Shown here: in pieces, positions 42,696-55,150 of the stretch
How the letters are laid out: each line of letters begins with the position of its first letter
Numbering within the stretch: the first letter of the stretch is position 1
Assembly (NCBI GenBank): GCA_011109175.1
Contig: RDEW01000024.1
Coordinates: forward strand, 487,240-551,239
Origin: Dicyema japonicum
Taxonomy: Eukaryota; Animalia; Dicyemida
Direction of reading: 5' to 3'
Length of the DNA: 64,000 nt
Made by a program: the position numbers and the translations under genes
Notes under the pieces: model-generated
Databases searched by the model: none
What the model was told of the DNA's origin: nothing
Seen by the model: the letters and a program-made list of their open reading frames with translations, nothing else

Positions 42696-43836
42696 ATGGC
42701 AAACACAAATATTGAAATTCTAGAACAAATTTTGACAGAAGCAAATTTGAAAGTCAAAAGGTATATTCCGATGAAATAGCTAGGACTGATCCAAAGGATT
42801 TCACTGCAATAAAAACAATTGGGCAAGGAAGTTTCGGGAAAGTAACTTTGTTAGCATAATAAATAGGTTGAGTTGTTCCAATATAAAAAACATCAAAATT
42901 GTGCAGTAAAATACCAAAGCATATCGAATTACTCCAACGTTAATAGAATAACAAACGAATTGAAAATTTTTGACTTAGTCACAAAAATGAAAAATCACTT
43001 ATTTGTGCACATAAATTCATATTTTTACGATGAGGTCTTTAGATGGAGTAATTTTAGAATAATGTCTACTTTGCGTTGGAATACATTGAGTTGGGTAATT
43101 TCAAATCTTTAATAATACAAAAAATATTTAATATGAAAGAAATCAAGTTTTACTCAGCTTGTGTCGCTTTGGGGATAGAATTTTTACATAAAAATAATAT
43201 CATCCATAGGTTTTTTTATTTATGAATGTTAGGGATCTTAAGTTGGACAATCTATTGTTGGGCTCTGACGGTTATGTGAAGATTACTGATTTCGGTTTAA
43301 GTGAAGTGGATATTCCTGCTAAAAAATTTTGTAAGTCAAACTTCGGTTCCAGGTTTTATATGACACCTGAACAAATATTACGTCAAATATTCTGCCACAG
43401 TGTTGATTGGTGGTGCCTTGGAATAATCATTTATAACATGTACTTTGTAACTGTTAGCTTTTCTCGTTAAATTTAGTACCCCTTCTTTAAAAGAGAACAA
43501 AGAGGAGCTTTACTCAGATATTTTACTTCTTGAACCGTTCTTTCCGGATAACGCAGACAAAAATTGCACGGATTTAATATCTAAGGCATTGATCTATTAA
43601 ATTTTAGTTGTTGATTAAAAATCCGATAGAGCGACTTGGATATTCAAACGATAGTGATGTTCTACAACATATATTTTATGATGTAATATTTATAATTTAT
43701 TACAAGGATTTGAATCTTAAGGCAATTCGGGACAAAAAATTCAATCCTAAAAAATATATTCTCGTATTCTCGAGTTTTTTAATTTTAGGGCAAAAAGACA
43801 TTTTTTCAAAAACTGAGATCACTCTTACGTTCTTGA
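42696..43836 (+). CDS. PKC/PKN-like AGC Ser/Thr kinase, catalytic domain only; 8 introns of 22-25 nt
   Basis: IGQGSFGKV, CAVKY, NELK, HRDLKLDNLLL, ITDFGLS, YMTPE, DWWCLG, PIERLG; one extra A at 43489-43492; GC-AG intron 43586-43607. Confidence 0.9.
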
Positions 43837-44529
43837 ACTTTATTATTATTTATTTCATTACAATTTGTTAATTTGAATTATTTATCTGTCTTTAGATTTA
43901 GTGAACCAAATGTTAGATATATTCGCGAACAAAAGTGTGTGTTTTAATGAAGTACACCTGCTTTAATAATAATAATTAATAAAATGTTTATTTATTTATT
44001 TTTTAAATGCAATGGAGGTTGACCTCAAGAAATGAAGATTATGTTTATAAGCGTTATCACATAATTATTTTAATTGTGACTCTAATTAATTAAATTTATA
44101 AATAAAATAAAAACAATCATAAATTTGAAAAAAAAATTTGTAAAACACACGTGCGTCCTCAACCAGACACTCTGTCTTGAATGCAAATGAGAACTTATTC
44201 TCTTAACGTCGAATACACGTGCAGTCAAATCGGTTTTCGACCATATTCTTAATAAGATTTACAAAATTCGCCTTTACCATAAACACATTCCATAAATTAT
44301 CCTACTCATTTCATAAATTCATAAAATAAAGTATGAGGTCCACCTATGGTGAGGTTTATGTAAGGAAAACATTACTCTTTCCTAATAATTTCAAATAAAT
44401 TACCAATTCGTTGTCGGACAGTGATTAAACCTATCTGAAAGTTAAAGCGTTAAACTAAGTAAAGTGATAATTTCTTCTGAAAATACGAATTTATTTGAAG
44501 GTGACAGTTCCGACCTCCTGAATTCTAGA

Positions 44530-45080
44530 TTGAGACAAATCATAAACTGTCCCCGAGTGCAGAATATTTAACCATCTTCTTCCATTCGGAAGAGTTTGCT
44601 GCGTGAGATTTTGAGTTCGTAGTGGAAATCATGTTCATCAAGGAGAAAGTGTGAACACAGGTTACATCCCATATAAAAGACCGCCCTTTCGTAAACTGGA
44701 AGATCTTCATCCCATCCTGCCTTCTCTCATTCGACAGATTCGATGATGGGAAACTAGCAACTTCCAGTCTGTGTTGAATAATCATTTAGAGTCGTTACAT
44801 AATGTCACAAATATGCACTTACTAGGAGGAAGGCATATCAAGCACTCTGTCTTGCATGCAAATGAAGCATTTTATGAATGATGCTCCAAATACGTATTCA
44901 CTGTCTATTTGGCAATATTCTAAAAATGCACCCAAGAACGTCAAGAAATGTCACCATGAAGGAGTTCTTCGCAGCATCTAGGAAAAGATTCCGAATACAT
45001 CCACATACGACGCTAACATTGAAGGTTTGGACTTTTTGTCTCCAAGAGCCTGTATGGCACCAAGTCGAAAATTAGTTTTT
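44530..45080 (-). mobile_element. CRE-clade endonuclease fragment
   Basis: RRQDGMKIFQFTKGRSFIWDVTCVHTFS..AANSSEWKKMVKYSAL. Confidence 0.75.
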
Positions 45081-45409
45081 TAATCGGTTTTTTCGGTTGA
45101 GAAATTTTAAAAAGTGTTTTTTGGAGGTCAGTAAGGATACTTTAAATGTGCTTTGGTAGATTGAGTAGAAAATGATTGGTGGCTAAAGTCCGAATCAAAG
45201 AAATTACTTTAGCTAAGTCGTGACCATAGATGTGTTCTAGTGAATTCACTTCTTACCAATAACATCTTCATTACTAAAAAATGAATGGAGATAAATAAAT
45301 CATTCCAAAGACCAAAAATAAAACCAAACCATCTAACTCTTGATCTTTACGCGTTCCAGCGATTCTCTCTTAGTAAAGAAGAAATTGTCTCCAGGTAAAG
45401 AAATAGTCC

Positions 45410-45515
45410 TTTAGAGTGCTGGACAGACTTGGGCGTCTCCTTAGAAAGGTGGATCCATTGATGTCATCAGAGGAAAGGAAGATAAATTTTTAACCAATTA
45501 GCCACATGTCACAAT
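45410..45515 (-). repeat. Family A diverged 5' fragment
   Basis: tgggcgtctccttagaaaggtggatc..taaccaattagccac. Confidence 0.5.
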
Positions 45516-45933
45516 CAGGACTGAACTGATGACCTCAAAAATCACGTCTTTTTGTTTTATTGTATAATCACTCAGTTGATAGCTGGGATGAATTTATTGT
45601 AGCTCATATGAAAAGTCACTCTCATTATTCTGAATTGATTGGAGTCATTCACTAACATTTTTGGTAAGTATTACTACGACCCACGTGAACAAATACTCAA
45701 ATCTTCATTCAAAGACCATCGTTAAAACAAAATAAGCGATCCAGACGATTTAATCAAGACTCTCAGCTTGGCTCGATGTTCCTCTCTCGATCCTACACAA
45801 GCTCGTTTGGGTTTTCTCCCGATCATGTCTGATCAGATCTCCTCCGTTACTCTTTCGGATTAAGAATTAATTTATATTTTTCCAATTAATCAAACAAAAA
45901 TATATTTTTTAACTTTTTTACATATGAGGTTTA

Positions 45934-46007
45934 TGCCACGTATTGACCAATAGATTACGCGCCGGAGGAAATCACGATTCTCCCGGGTTCAAATCTCGGC
46001 GTTGTAC
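45934..46007 (+). tRNA. Degenerate tRNA-like sequence (pseudogene or SINE head)
   Basis: T-arm ccggg-TTCAAAT-ctcgg and a 6/7 acceptor stem; the anticodon arm does not pair. Confidence 0.25.
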
Positions 46008-46464
46008 ATGTCGGTTGAAGGTTCCAAAATCTACAACGCCTTGGGTTTGACGAGTGACACCATCAGTGAATGTTTCACCAAGAACTAAAACAGTTTTTTT
46101 CAACATTTTTTTCGCAACGCCCCCATAATAGAAATGCTGTAATTAGTAATTTTTATTAAAAGATCATTGACCTTATTGAAGGCTTACCAGATGCTCTATA
46201 TTTGGGATTCTTTTAGTAAGAAATACTCTGATGTCTTCTCTTTTGCAGAGCGAACAGTTCTCTTGAGATGGAGCGCTTCCACTTGCTTGTTCAGACTATG
46301 CGTGTCCCGCGCATGATTCGAAGATGTGGGGCAACTGGGGATATTGATTCCTCCCATAAAAAACGAATGTTGGTCCTCATGGCGGCACCAAGAGACTCCA
46401 TTCAGTGACCATCTAGATTAAGTCCAAGTGCGGAAGGCGCGAAACTGAGTAGACAAACGAACTC

Positions 46465-46770
46465 AGTTTGAATCTTGTTAGAAATCCTTTGAATTCTTGA
46501 AATCACTAATTGATAACTTTTCAGAAATATTTTGTGCTTTATTTGATATTAGTCCATCATTTAACATAGCACCTAACATAAACAAATTAAAAATACCCTT
46601 AGATTCCATCAAATCCATCCAAACAACCTATACTAATTTTGTATTTATTTACAATATCTCGTTCAGTAAGATGTTCATTTTCACTTATTTCCTTAGCAAT
46701 TTTAACCCTTAACTCAGGACTAAGCTTACGAGCTATAACCACAAGAATACAAAAATTACACGAGGCTTCA
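46465..46770 (-). pseudogene. CENP-B/pogo HTH_Tnp_Tc5 domain fragment with short introns
   Basis: RKLSPELRVKIAKEI..ERDI|VVWMDLMESK|GAMLNDGLISNKAQNISEKLSISDFKNS(fs)KGFLTRFK; introns 46628-46652 (25 nt) and a 24-nt intron at ~46573-46596. Confidence 0.55.
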
Positions 46771-47071
46771 AAATAAAATTATATAATTAATTTTAATATT
46801 AATAGCAATATGTATATAATTTAAAAATCCAGTGCCCCACTTAGAGGTTCAGATAATTTCCAAATTTAGAAAATACCGCATAAAAATTATGCCATTTTCA
46901 AACTACCTCAAAAACAGAGGTTTCCCCAAAAATAGAGGTTCCAAGCCAGAGGTCTGCTCCGAATGGAGGTCATACTGTATTCATCCAAATCGTTTTACTT
47001 TTTTATCACACATCTATAAAATATTAAATACAATTAGAAAATAAAAATATTTTTTAACAATTAAACAAATG

Positions 47072-48250
47072 TCAGTTGAGGAAGCCTGCTGCGTGGATTG
47101 CAAACGAGTTCCCTCGGAGTATGGCTATTCCAATCTTTTGTCTTAGCCATAACCCTTCTCGTTGATCCCTTTTCTTTCTGGCAAGCAATCCTCCGAGTTC
47201 TCGCAAGAACTCAGTCGTCATTGGACCAACGGCTCCCGATGATTCGGTCGCAACAGAAGTAAATCGGTAGCGATCCCCGAGGCAAGAATATTTCTTGATT
47301 TTTAGGTTCTCCGCAGTCGAAGCAGCTGCTCCAGGTGTCTGAACCGATTTGAAAAAATTCGTGCTTGAGAACGTGTCTATGCAAGTTGCGTCCCAGACCA
47401 AAGATCTTCCAGACGTGAAGGGGAAAAGGGTCATCCCGTCAGGTCTCTTCCCATCTCCTCGATCAAGACCCACTGGTTCAAGCTGTGCTGGGAAGCCTGA
47501 AGCCTTCAGAGCTCTGACGATCACATCATTCAGAGCAGCATGACGTGGTCCCCTTCCGGCGCTTCTTCTGCAGGACAGCGGGTGCAATCCTTTCGCATCG
47601 ACTGTTTTCCCGCATCGGCATCGGTGCTCCTGGCAAACGTCTAGTCCCAGCCTTTGTCCGATTCCAATCCTCAAAGAATCGTCGTCCAAAAAGGTCCCGA
47701 GGTTTGGGCAAGGTATTGCACCAAGCCATGCTCCACTCCCTCTACTTGAAGCTGACACCAAACAAGCCAGACGATGTTGATTTGCTTCTTTTTTAAGGTC
47801 TTCCAAAATTTTGGAGCAGACAATGTCATCCCAATTATTTGCTTGTTGTGTCTTCGGGATTTTGAGTCCGAACCCGTTCCATTTCCGACAAGCTTCGTCA
47901 AATGACTCATTCCAGCGAAGTCCAATAGTGTTACGAAGGACTTGCCGTGTCAAATGGCTGGCAGCTTGAGAGAGACGATAGATATGCAGGGTACGCAACC
48001 TCCACGCCGATCTTAGACGACACCCCCAAATCCAGAGGGAAGCTTACATCGTTTTTAACCAAGTTCGTCGAAGCGGACGTTAATTAGTGACTCAACAGTT
48101 TGCTTGAGAGACTTGTCTATTGAAAGTAGAATGTCATATGTTCGTAGCAGGGTGAACATCGGAGTAGATATAAAAGCTTGGGTAGTCCGATGTTGTTTCT
48201 CATCAGAAAGAAAGATGTGTGAGAGTCGAGACATGACAATCTTTTCGCAA
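47072..48250 (-). mobile_element. CRE-clade LINE 3' portion: RT thumb, CCHC knuckle and restriction-like endonuclease
   Basis: LPKLLYLLRCSP; CRCGKTVDAKGLHPLSC..RHAALND..EPVGLDRGDGKRPDG..WDATC..AENLKIKKY..ATESSG..ILRGNS (ORF 47072-47998). Confidence 0.92.
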
Positions 48251-48739
48251 GGCGTGTAATTCTTTATTTTTTTCGCATTAGAATTAATTAGAAAAACACG
48301 TAAAAAATGATTTATAAAACCTAATGCAAATATTTATAATAATTTAAAAATTAAAATTCCAACGCCCCCTAATATGTTCTAGCGCTCCCGTTAAGAAACA
48401 CTGGTGTAGTACGTCTACCAGTCCGGAAGCTTCCACTTCTTTCCTTTAGACTTTTGATCCTTATCGACTCTACTGGTCTATATAAGAATTTGAGGCAATC
48501 TATCCTCACGTCTATGCTACAGCGATACAGATAAAAAACGGAACACTCATTTTCTCGATTTTTTCTATTGAATAATTAATTTTTTTAACAAAAATAGAAT
48601 TTTGTATATAACTCCTTCCATAGATAAAAAAACTTATTCGCTTATTTTTATCTAAAACCAATTTTATTTAAGACAAAAACTAACAGTTAGCAACCGCTGC
48701 CTATCGTTTTTCTTCTTCGCGATTAGCAAGCCGATCCTG

Positions 48740-49335
48740 TTTAGCAGGGTCAGTGACCTTATCTAATGATTCCTGTCATTTCGACTGCCACTGGTGAAGA
48801 CCTTTCGCGTCGACCATTCCTCCACATTTACACCGATGGGTCGTGCAAACATCCATTCCGAGGCGAACGGAAACTCAAAGCCTCGTCGCGTCGTCATCCA
48901 ATAGTGTCCCAAGTGAGGTACATGGTAACGCTCCACTCTCGTTCGTCGATGCAGAAGCCAGACGATGCTGATCAAGCACAGGTTTTATTTCTTCTATGAT
49001 CTTTGAGCATAAAAGCTTGTCCCATTCTCGTTGTTTATTAGCGATCTTCGGAATCAACACCCATCTCGTCCAGACTTCCCGAGCCATAGATACCACTGGT
49101 TCAGCGTCCGATCCGTTAATGTAACGTAGGATCTGGCCTGTGAGATCACTAGAAGCATATGTCGAAGATAGAAAGGCTGAGAGGTCAAGTTCTAGTGGTG
49201 TGCCTATTCCGATTCCTCCGTAGCGAAAAGGTAGTTTGCATTGGATCCAGCCAGTTTTATCAAGAAAAATTTTGAGCGTTTCTTCAACGGCAGTCCTCAG
49301 CTTCTCGTCGATGGCTCTTAAAAAGTTCATGTCCC
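48740..49335 (-). mobile_element. CRE-clade LINE RT-thumb fragment
   Basis: QCKLPFRYGGIGIG..AFLSSTYAS..KQREWDK..LGTLLDDD. Confidence 0.8.
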
Positions 49336-49339
49336 CTAC

Positions 49340-49640
49340 CTTTTAGAAGGCAAATTCCGGAACGTGAGTATATACGACCCCATACTCGATGAATACAAAT
49401 TAATTTTTTTTAAATCTGAAATAATCAAAAAATTATTATTTTTTATATCGATCAAATTTATCTGAAAACGCTCATTCGGAGTACTCGGTATAACATGTTT
49501 TGGAGATCGAAAGTCTTTAAGGCAGTTGAAAAATTGCATACTTCGAAAAAAGAAGCAGCCTTTATAATCACATGAAGAAACAACGTACAAACGCGACATG
49601 TAGAACGTGCAATATAATATTTTATTTGAGTACAGTATTA
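49340..49640 (-). mobile_element. Ginger/KRABA2-like integrase core remnant
   Basis: C..KHVIPSTPNERFQINLIDI..FRNLPSK. Confidence 0.55.
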
Positions 49641-50199
49641 TTAAAATAAACACCTGCAGAGGGCTTGTCGCGAGCTTTGATTATTTGACAAACGACGTTA
49701 GTATCTTCTGGGATTTCCACAGCCCGGACTAGTATACTTATTAAAGCTCAATGTTGTATGTGACACGATAACTCAGGTGCCTAGTTTGGATTAAAGTGCT
49801 TAGGAGACTTGAAATAAGTATTTTATTATTATTGCATTTGTAAAAAGAGGGTTTAAATAAATAGTTTAAAAAATCAAAATTTGATTGATTTACCCACATG
49901 GGCTGTCTCCCATTGGGATCTCTGTATTATCCACTGATGACAGAATCTGTATTAGTGCCAAGAAATTATTAAAGTGGAAAGTTTTTGAAGGTCACGCCAC
50001 TTGACAGGATGATATTGATCGATTTTTTCAGAAACTCAAATTCTTTAAATCTGGTTCAGTTACTTTTTCGAAAATCTAATTTACTCACTATTTCGACAAT
50101 GTTTTTATTTTTTCAAAATTTTTTTTAAAATCCGTCAATTTTTCCGCGAGTTATGGTACCGCATACATACATACATACGTTGAGCTTTTATATACACAC

Positions 50200-50562
50200 A
50201 ACATTAAACTTCGATTGCTTCAAAGAAAACCATTGATGGAATTTTGGTGCAATTTAAGTAGCAGCATTCCATCTCTAAGCTGCCTTGCAGTAGAAAGTTG
50301 TTACCATTCCAGACAACATATTTGTGTGAAAGTGCTATGTCGCATCTTTGAAAACCCGGTATAGGAATCGCCGTAGGGTTGAAGGCTATATACTTGTTGC
50401 TTTGAGTGACATAAGACCAAACATTTCAAATTTTAATACAAAAATGCTGGGTCATAAGTCACTAGTTTAAAAATAAACTTCATTGTCATTATTAAAAATT
50501 AGGGTTCCCCAGAAAAAAAATTTGATTTTTAAGGTCCCCAGATAAAAGGTTAGGAAACGATG
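50200..50562 (+). mobile_element. hAT (Buster/Charlie-like) 3' end with terminal inverted repeat
   Basis: EFWCNL..LLPFQTTYLCESA..YRNR..LSDIRPNI; terminus aaaaggttaggaaacgatg followed by gtcTAgcg, matching the Buster NNNTANNN target. Confidence 0.7.
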
Positions 50563-50679
50563 GTCTAGCGCATAGTTATCAACAGCGCATGTGAACAGAA
50601 TATCCGATCAATCATGAAGAAACGTCATGAGCTAGTCTCCTTGGCAAAGGCCGAATAAGGCGGATAACGCAAAGACAGA

Positions 50680-51080
50680 TAAGATTTCGATAATGCCGGG
50701 TTTCGAATCTGCATCTCCACATTGGAATGAAAAACCAATACAAGGAACTGGGACATCGGTGTCACCTGAAGATAAAAAATTGCATGCGAGTTTGTTAATA
50801 TTGAATTTGTGTGTCGACGGCTGGTCGCCATTAGTGGTCTTTATTCAAAGTCTCATGAATAAGCACCAAGAGATTTTCTGAGATCTATGCAAAATTCGAA
50901 TGGCAATTCTAGGAAGAGATCTAACTCCAAGAACACAACATTAGGTTTTTAGGACAATAACAGAGATGACTAGCTCTGACTGAGCTATCTGATGGGATTG
51001 TGGTAAAAGTACTTACGTTCGAGAAGAGCAAACCGTCCAATCAGCCTAATTCGCTTTACTGTTAATATAATGGAATAAAT
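50680..51080 (+). mobile_element. CR1-like RT C-terminal remnant
   Basis: KELGHRCHLKIKNC..CVSTA..F SEIY pattern resembles DLGVxxxxxLK..A..LY. Confidence 0.35.
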
Positions 51081-51712
51081 TGTTTTCTTGAAACTTTCAA
51101 ATAAGGCTAGAAGAAATCAAGCTATTTTAGACAAAAAATCAATTGGCTTTCTTCCAGCTCAATCTTGCGGTGATTGCCTATTTCATCACAGCTTCGAGTA
51201 AGCCAAGTTAGATACTAACGTTACCTTTCAAATGTGATATTTTTGAAAAACGTTATTTTATTTTAAATATTCAAAGCTATTTCTAAGCAAAACTGTAAAA
51301 TTAGTTTTACAAAACTTCAGGATTAAAACATTCAACAAAGTGAAGACTACCTTTTACAACTCGAAAACAGCCAAAAACCCGAAATTAACACCCAAAATGT
51401 GATTTATACCTCATTTTAGGGTTAATTTTCGTCCTATTTCATACAGTCGCGGACATACGTCATTCTTCGGCGAAGATTTTTCGCAATAGTAATCTTCATT
51501 ATGGGATTTGGTCAATGAGTCTAGGAAACTTCTTGAATACCTCGAGTAATCTAAAGCTTTATTTTTATAAAAATTATTAATTGTAAAAATCTAAAACTGG
51601 AAAATATTAAAGATAAATTTATTTATTTTTATAAAATTAAATTCAAAATTTTAAAAGCAATTAAATATTATCATTAAACTGAAGAAATATGTAATCATTA
51701 AATAATACTTAG

Positions 51713-53750
51713 ATGATACACTTAAGGGTGCAAACCCCATCAAACGGCTATGACTTTACTGTGGATGGATCTGTATTCACCTTTTTTCATATAGATGACT
51801 GTCAGGGAGTTCAAACAACTGATATCACACCACGTGGTACATAATAGTCTCACATATATAGGATGTTCAACCAGACTACATGGAACTTTCCTATGGCGAT
51901 CGATATATCATAAACTCAGAAACGCTAAGCTCTATTGGTTCGTAGATTTTATTTTCACTGAATTTTCTTAAAGTTAGGCTTGGATGGCAAAATGATCTTG
52001 TTACACAACCGTCGTCGAGTTGGCGGGAACGAGAATGGTAAAATTGTTTTTTACAAAAACAGATTTTAACGCTGATCCCACGGAATACTACATTTACGAC
52101 GAATTTAACTGCTACGTTCAATTATTCAGCAAATTCATCGACTGTGCTGAACGAATTCTAAGCTCATTGGAGGTTCGGGGGAGGGTAATCTAGAATAATA
52201 ACGACGATGACGACTTTTCCTTCTACGAATATCTCGACAAGAGAAAGAGAACGAATCACATTACCCACGATGCGAGAGAAGGGTACAGTCCAGCATTCCT
52301 CGATTTGAGGATTCCTAAAGGATTCTTACAGGACCCCCCTACATACTTTTGGACGTATTTGTCGGGTTGTAGGTCTTTGACTTCAATATTTCAAGATTAG
52401 ATCAGACTTCAATCTTGAGTTCCTTGTATTCCGCGGTCCTCGACCTACAACAACGGTTCAATGTGGTAAATGACGCTTTCTACAGCCGACTCAACGGTGA
52501 AACAAACGTTTTTATTATTTCCGTAATTTAGAGACCGGATTCCGCGACATTGAAGAAATTTGAATCGCGGAGAGTTCGCTTCACTCATTACATTTCTCAC
52601 ATTCTCCACGGATTGAGTGACTTCACCGTTATTCCCAACAGAAATTCCGGATACCGTATTTCTGTTCCCTTAGAACGCCCACGAAAAAGAAATGTTTGAA
52701 TTGAAATCAGCTTAGGAAGGACCGTTTAGAGAATATCTCAGAAGAGTAAACAATGATCCGCTAGTCAGTGAAAGAGCACGTGATTCTTTGAGGGAGATTC
52801 TCCTAGCCGCTGTCGAAATAATAGTAAATTTTGCGACAAACCCCGATCATGTCCCCGAAAATTCGCCCATAATTCAAACCAGGCCAGGATTGAACTTACT
52901 GACTCAACAAACGTTGACTGATAGTGCGGAGGAACCGAGGACAGTTACCAGATTTTACAACCAAATAAGTTATCGAACTCTGCGAGATCCCTGCCGACAT
53001 TCAGCGATATCTTTCCTCCCATAAATCGATATTTGAATTGCTTCACGAACTTCCAGGAACCCAAGGTCTCCCGATGTAATTTTTGTAGATTTATTCGAGG
53101 TCTATTACACAGAGAAAGTCACACGTGACCGATATTACAGTTCCTCCGTCATCCTCCTCGGTTTTTGTTGAAGTTAACTCGAATTCCTTTTTGCCGGAAG
53201 TTAATTATTTACTGAATATCAGAGAAACATGCCGATATCCTTCACTAACCCCCATTCTGCAGCAGAAGAGCTATTTTTGCAGAGCCAGCAATCTCTAAAT
53301 TTTGGCTTACGACAACCTGATGTATAGTCTTTAATTTTACCGAGAATTTGGAAGACCAGGAAGCACCTGATGATAGAATGGTGGTCGAGGAAATGGAATT
53401 TTCGGTAGTTTGATTTAATGAGCAGGGGTCGCCAAGACAGAATTCTGGTGGATCACAAGATTCTGACATTAACACTAACTAACGAAAATATTATAATCTT
53501 GTGTCACCTAGGACCACAATGACTTTACGAGAGCGCCCAGAACTCTTTGAACGATCATACCTGCCGACCTCCTACACTGACGTGTGTCACTTCGCCTCGT
53601 CTTGCCTGCTAGTTTTTTCCGTTCATATATTGTGCACACTCTCGCGGAGAGTTTAAGGATTTAACAAAATCATTTTTATTTTCGTCATCGTTAAGGACAC
53701 CCTGTCGATCATTATATTTACCAAAAGGTCAATCCACCATTTGATTTTTT
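51713..53750 (+). CDS. BAG6-like protein: N-terminal ubiquitin-like domain plus long low-complexity region; 3' end uncertain
   Basis: Spliced: MIHLRVQTPSNGYDFTVDGS|MTVREFKQLISHHV|DVQPDYMELSYGDRYIINSETLSSI|GLDGKMILLHNRRR; introns 51773-51794 (22 nt) and 51837-51861 (25 nt); coding-like exons continue to about 53450-53750. Confidence 0.65.
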
Positions 53751-53789
53751 GAAATATCTGAGGAAATATAATGTTAATCCCGGTTCCTG

Positions 53790-54160
53790 AGACAATCCTC
53801 GATCAACGGGGTTGTGAAGTGCTCTTTAGAGGAGGGTAGATTCTCGTCTTCTTTGAACCGGTGGGTCTGGATCGCCCGGAAGGGGAAACTGTCTTCCCCT
53901 TTTCTCGGGGGAAATGATTGATTTGGGATGGGCCCGGCATCTATATCCCTTCCTAGTCGAGACTTGCTGGTTTTCCGTTGAAAGCAGGGGAGGCTGCTCG
54001 GACTTTCGAGAATTTCAAAATAAAAAATATGACAGCCTCTTACTTAACCAGATGACATGTAAACCCAAAGACCTCGGTAACGCCAAAAGTACTTGTGATG
54101 TGATCCCGACGCTCCGATAGAGACCTCAACTTGGATCGATGCTCCTTCACGCAAGAGGTA
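53790..54160 (-). repeat. Diverged family C copy preceded by a family B-like LINE 3' end (54060-54160)
   Basis: gggttgtgaag..tgatttgggatg..actttcgagaatttc..tgacagcctct shared with 36320-36555. Confidence 0.55.
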
Positions 54161-54759
54161 CTGGAAGGCGATGAATTAATTTTGGGAGGGTTCAAGATTT
54201 ATGTCGACAGGAGTCAATATGGAGGTTTAGTGAACTGACGACGCTTAGCAATGAAAAGGGTTATAGTTGACTTTGGTGGAGAAAGGGTGAAGTGGTTAAG
54301 CCCATCCAGTAGGAAATAGTATCAAGAAGTGTCTTTCTTCTATCAATATCCTTGTGGCATATGTACAAGTTAAAGAGTAATGGTAAAATTGAGGAAACAT
54401 GGAGGACTCAATTGGATTGAAAACATGTCTTCGATATTATATTTGCAAATCATTAGACCCACCTTCCACTTATAAGGTAGAAAGGCATACTTTTACGATG
54501 AGAGGATGTCTGTTTCGAATATTTTCTGTCAGAATTTTCCAAGGTTGATGCTTCAGTGATATCCATTCACATAAGGACAGGTCTCTTGTGACGTGAGTTA
54601 AATCTTTTGAAGTCAACCAATTTTTTAACCTTACTGTAATGATTGCCAAAGAAATCTTTAACTGCAGGAACAAATTTCTGTCTTAAATAGTTCCATAACT
54701 TTGATTGTTGTTTCCACCACTTATGACTAACAATCTCAACGCTTTCGCGTGATTTGTCA

Positions 54760-55080
54760 ATTTATTTCTCAGGACGGCGAGCGAGATTTGCTCAAATACA
54801 AGCAGCGCTCAAGAGGGTCTCCTGATCGTGTAGCGATCCGATTCCCTAGATGACTCAAGAATTCCAGCGTCGGAGGCGCAAGGGAACCAGACGTCTTAAC
54901 GGCTAGTGGGACAAACAAAAAATCATTGGGTAGGACCGCTTACATTTCCCGATTCAAACTTTTCAGCCTTCTCAGCGGCAGAACAGGATCCGGCACTCTG
55001 GAGTAGGTTGCAAGAAACAAACGTGTCGGTGCAGGTGATTTCACAGACAAGAGGTTCACCAGCTTCAAAAGGAAGATTGT
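54760..55080 (-). mobile_element. CRE-clade endonuclease fragment
   Basis: LPFEAGEPLV*EITCTDTFV..FLFVPLAVKTSG..LEFLSHLGNRIA. Confidence 0.75.
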
Positions 55081-55150
55081 CAACTATTTGCTTAACTATT
55101 TAAGGACTCCCAAATTTAATAAGTAATAATTTAGTAAATGTTCTAAATTG

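Noticed and set aside
46200-46440. ACPAHD resembling the leucyl-tRNA synthetase VPAHD motif
   Set aside because: Isolated 5-residue match with flanking stops; the minus strand weakly resembles a CR1 endonuclease instead
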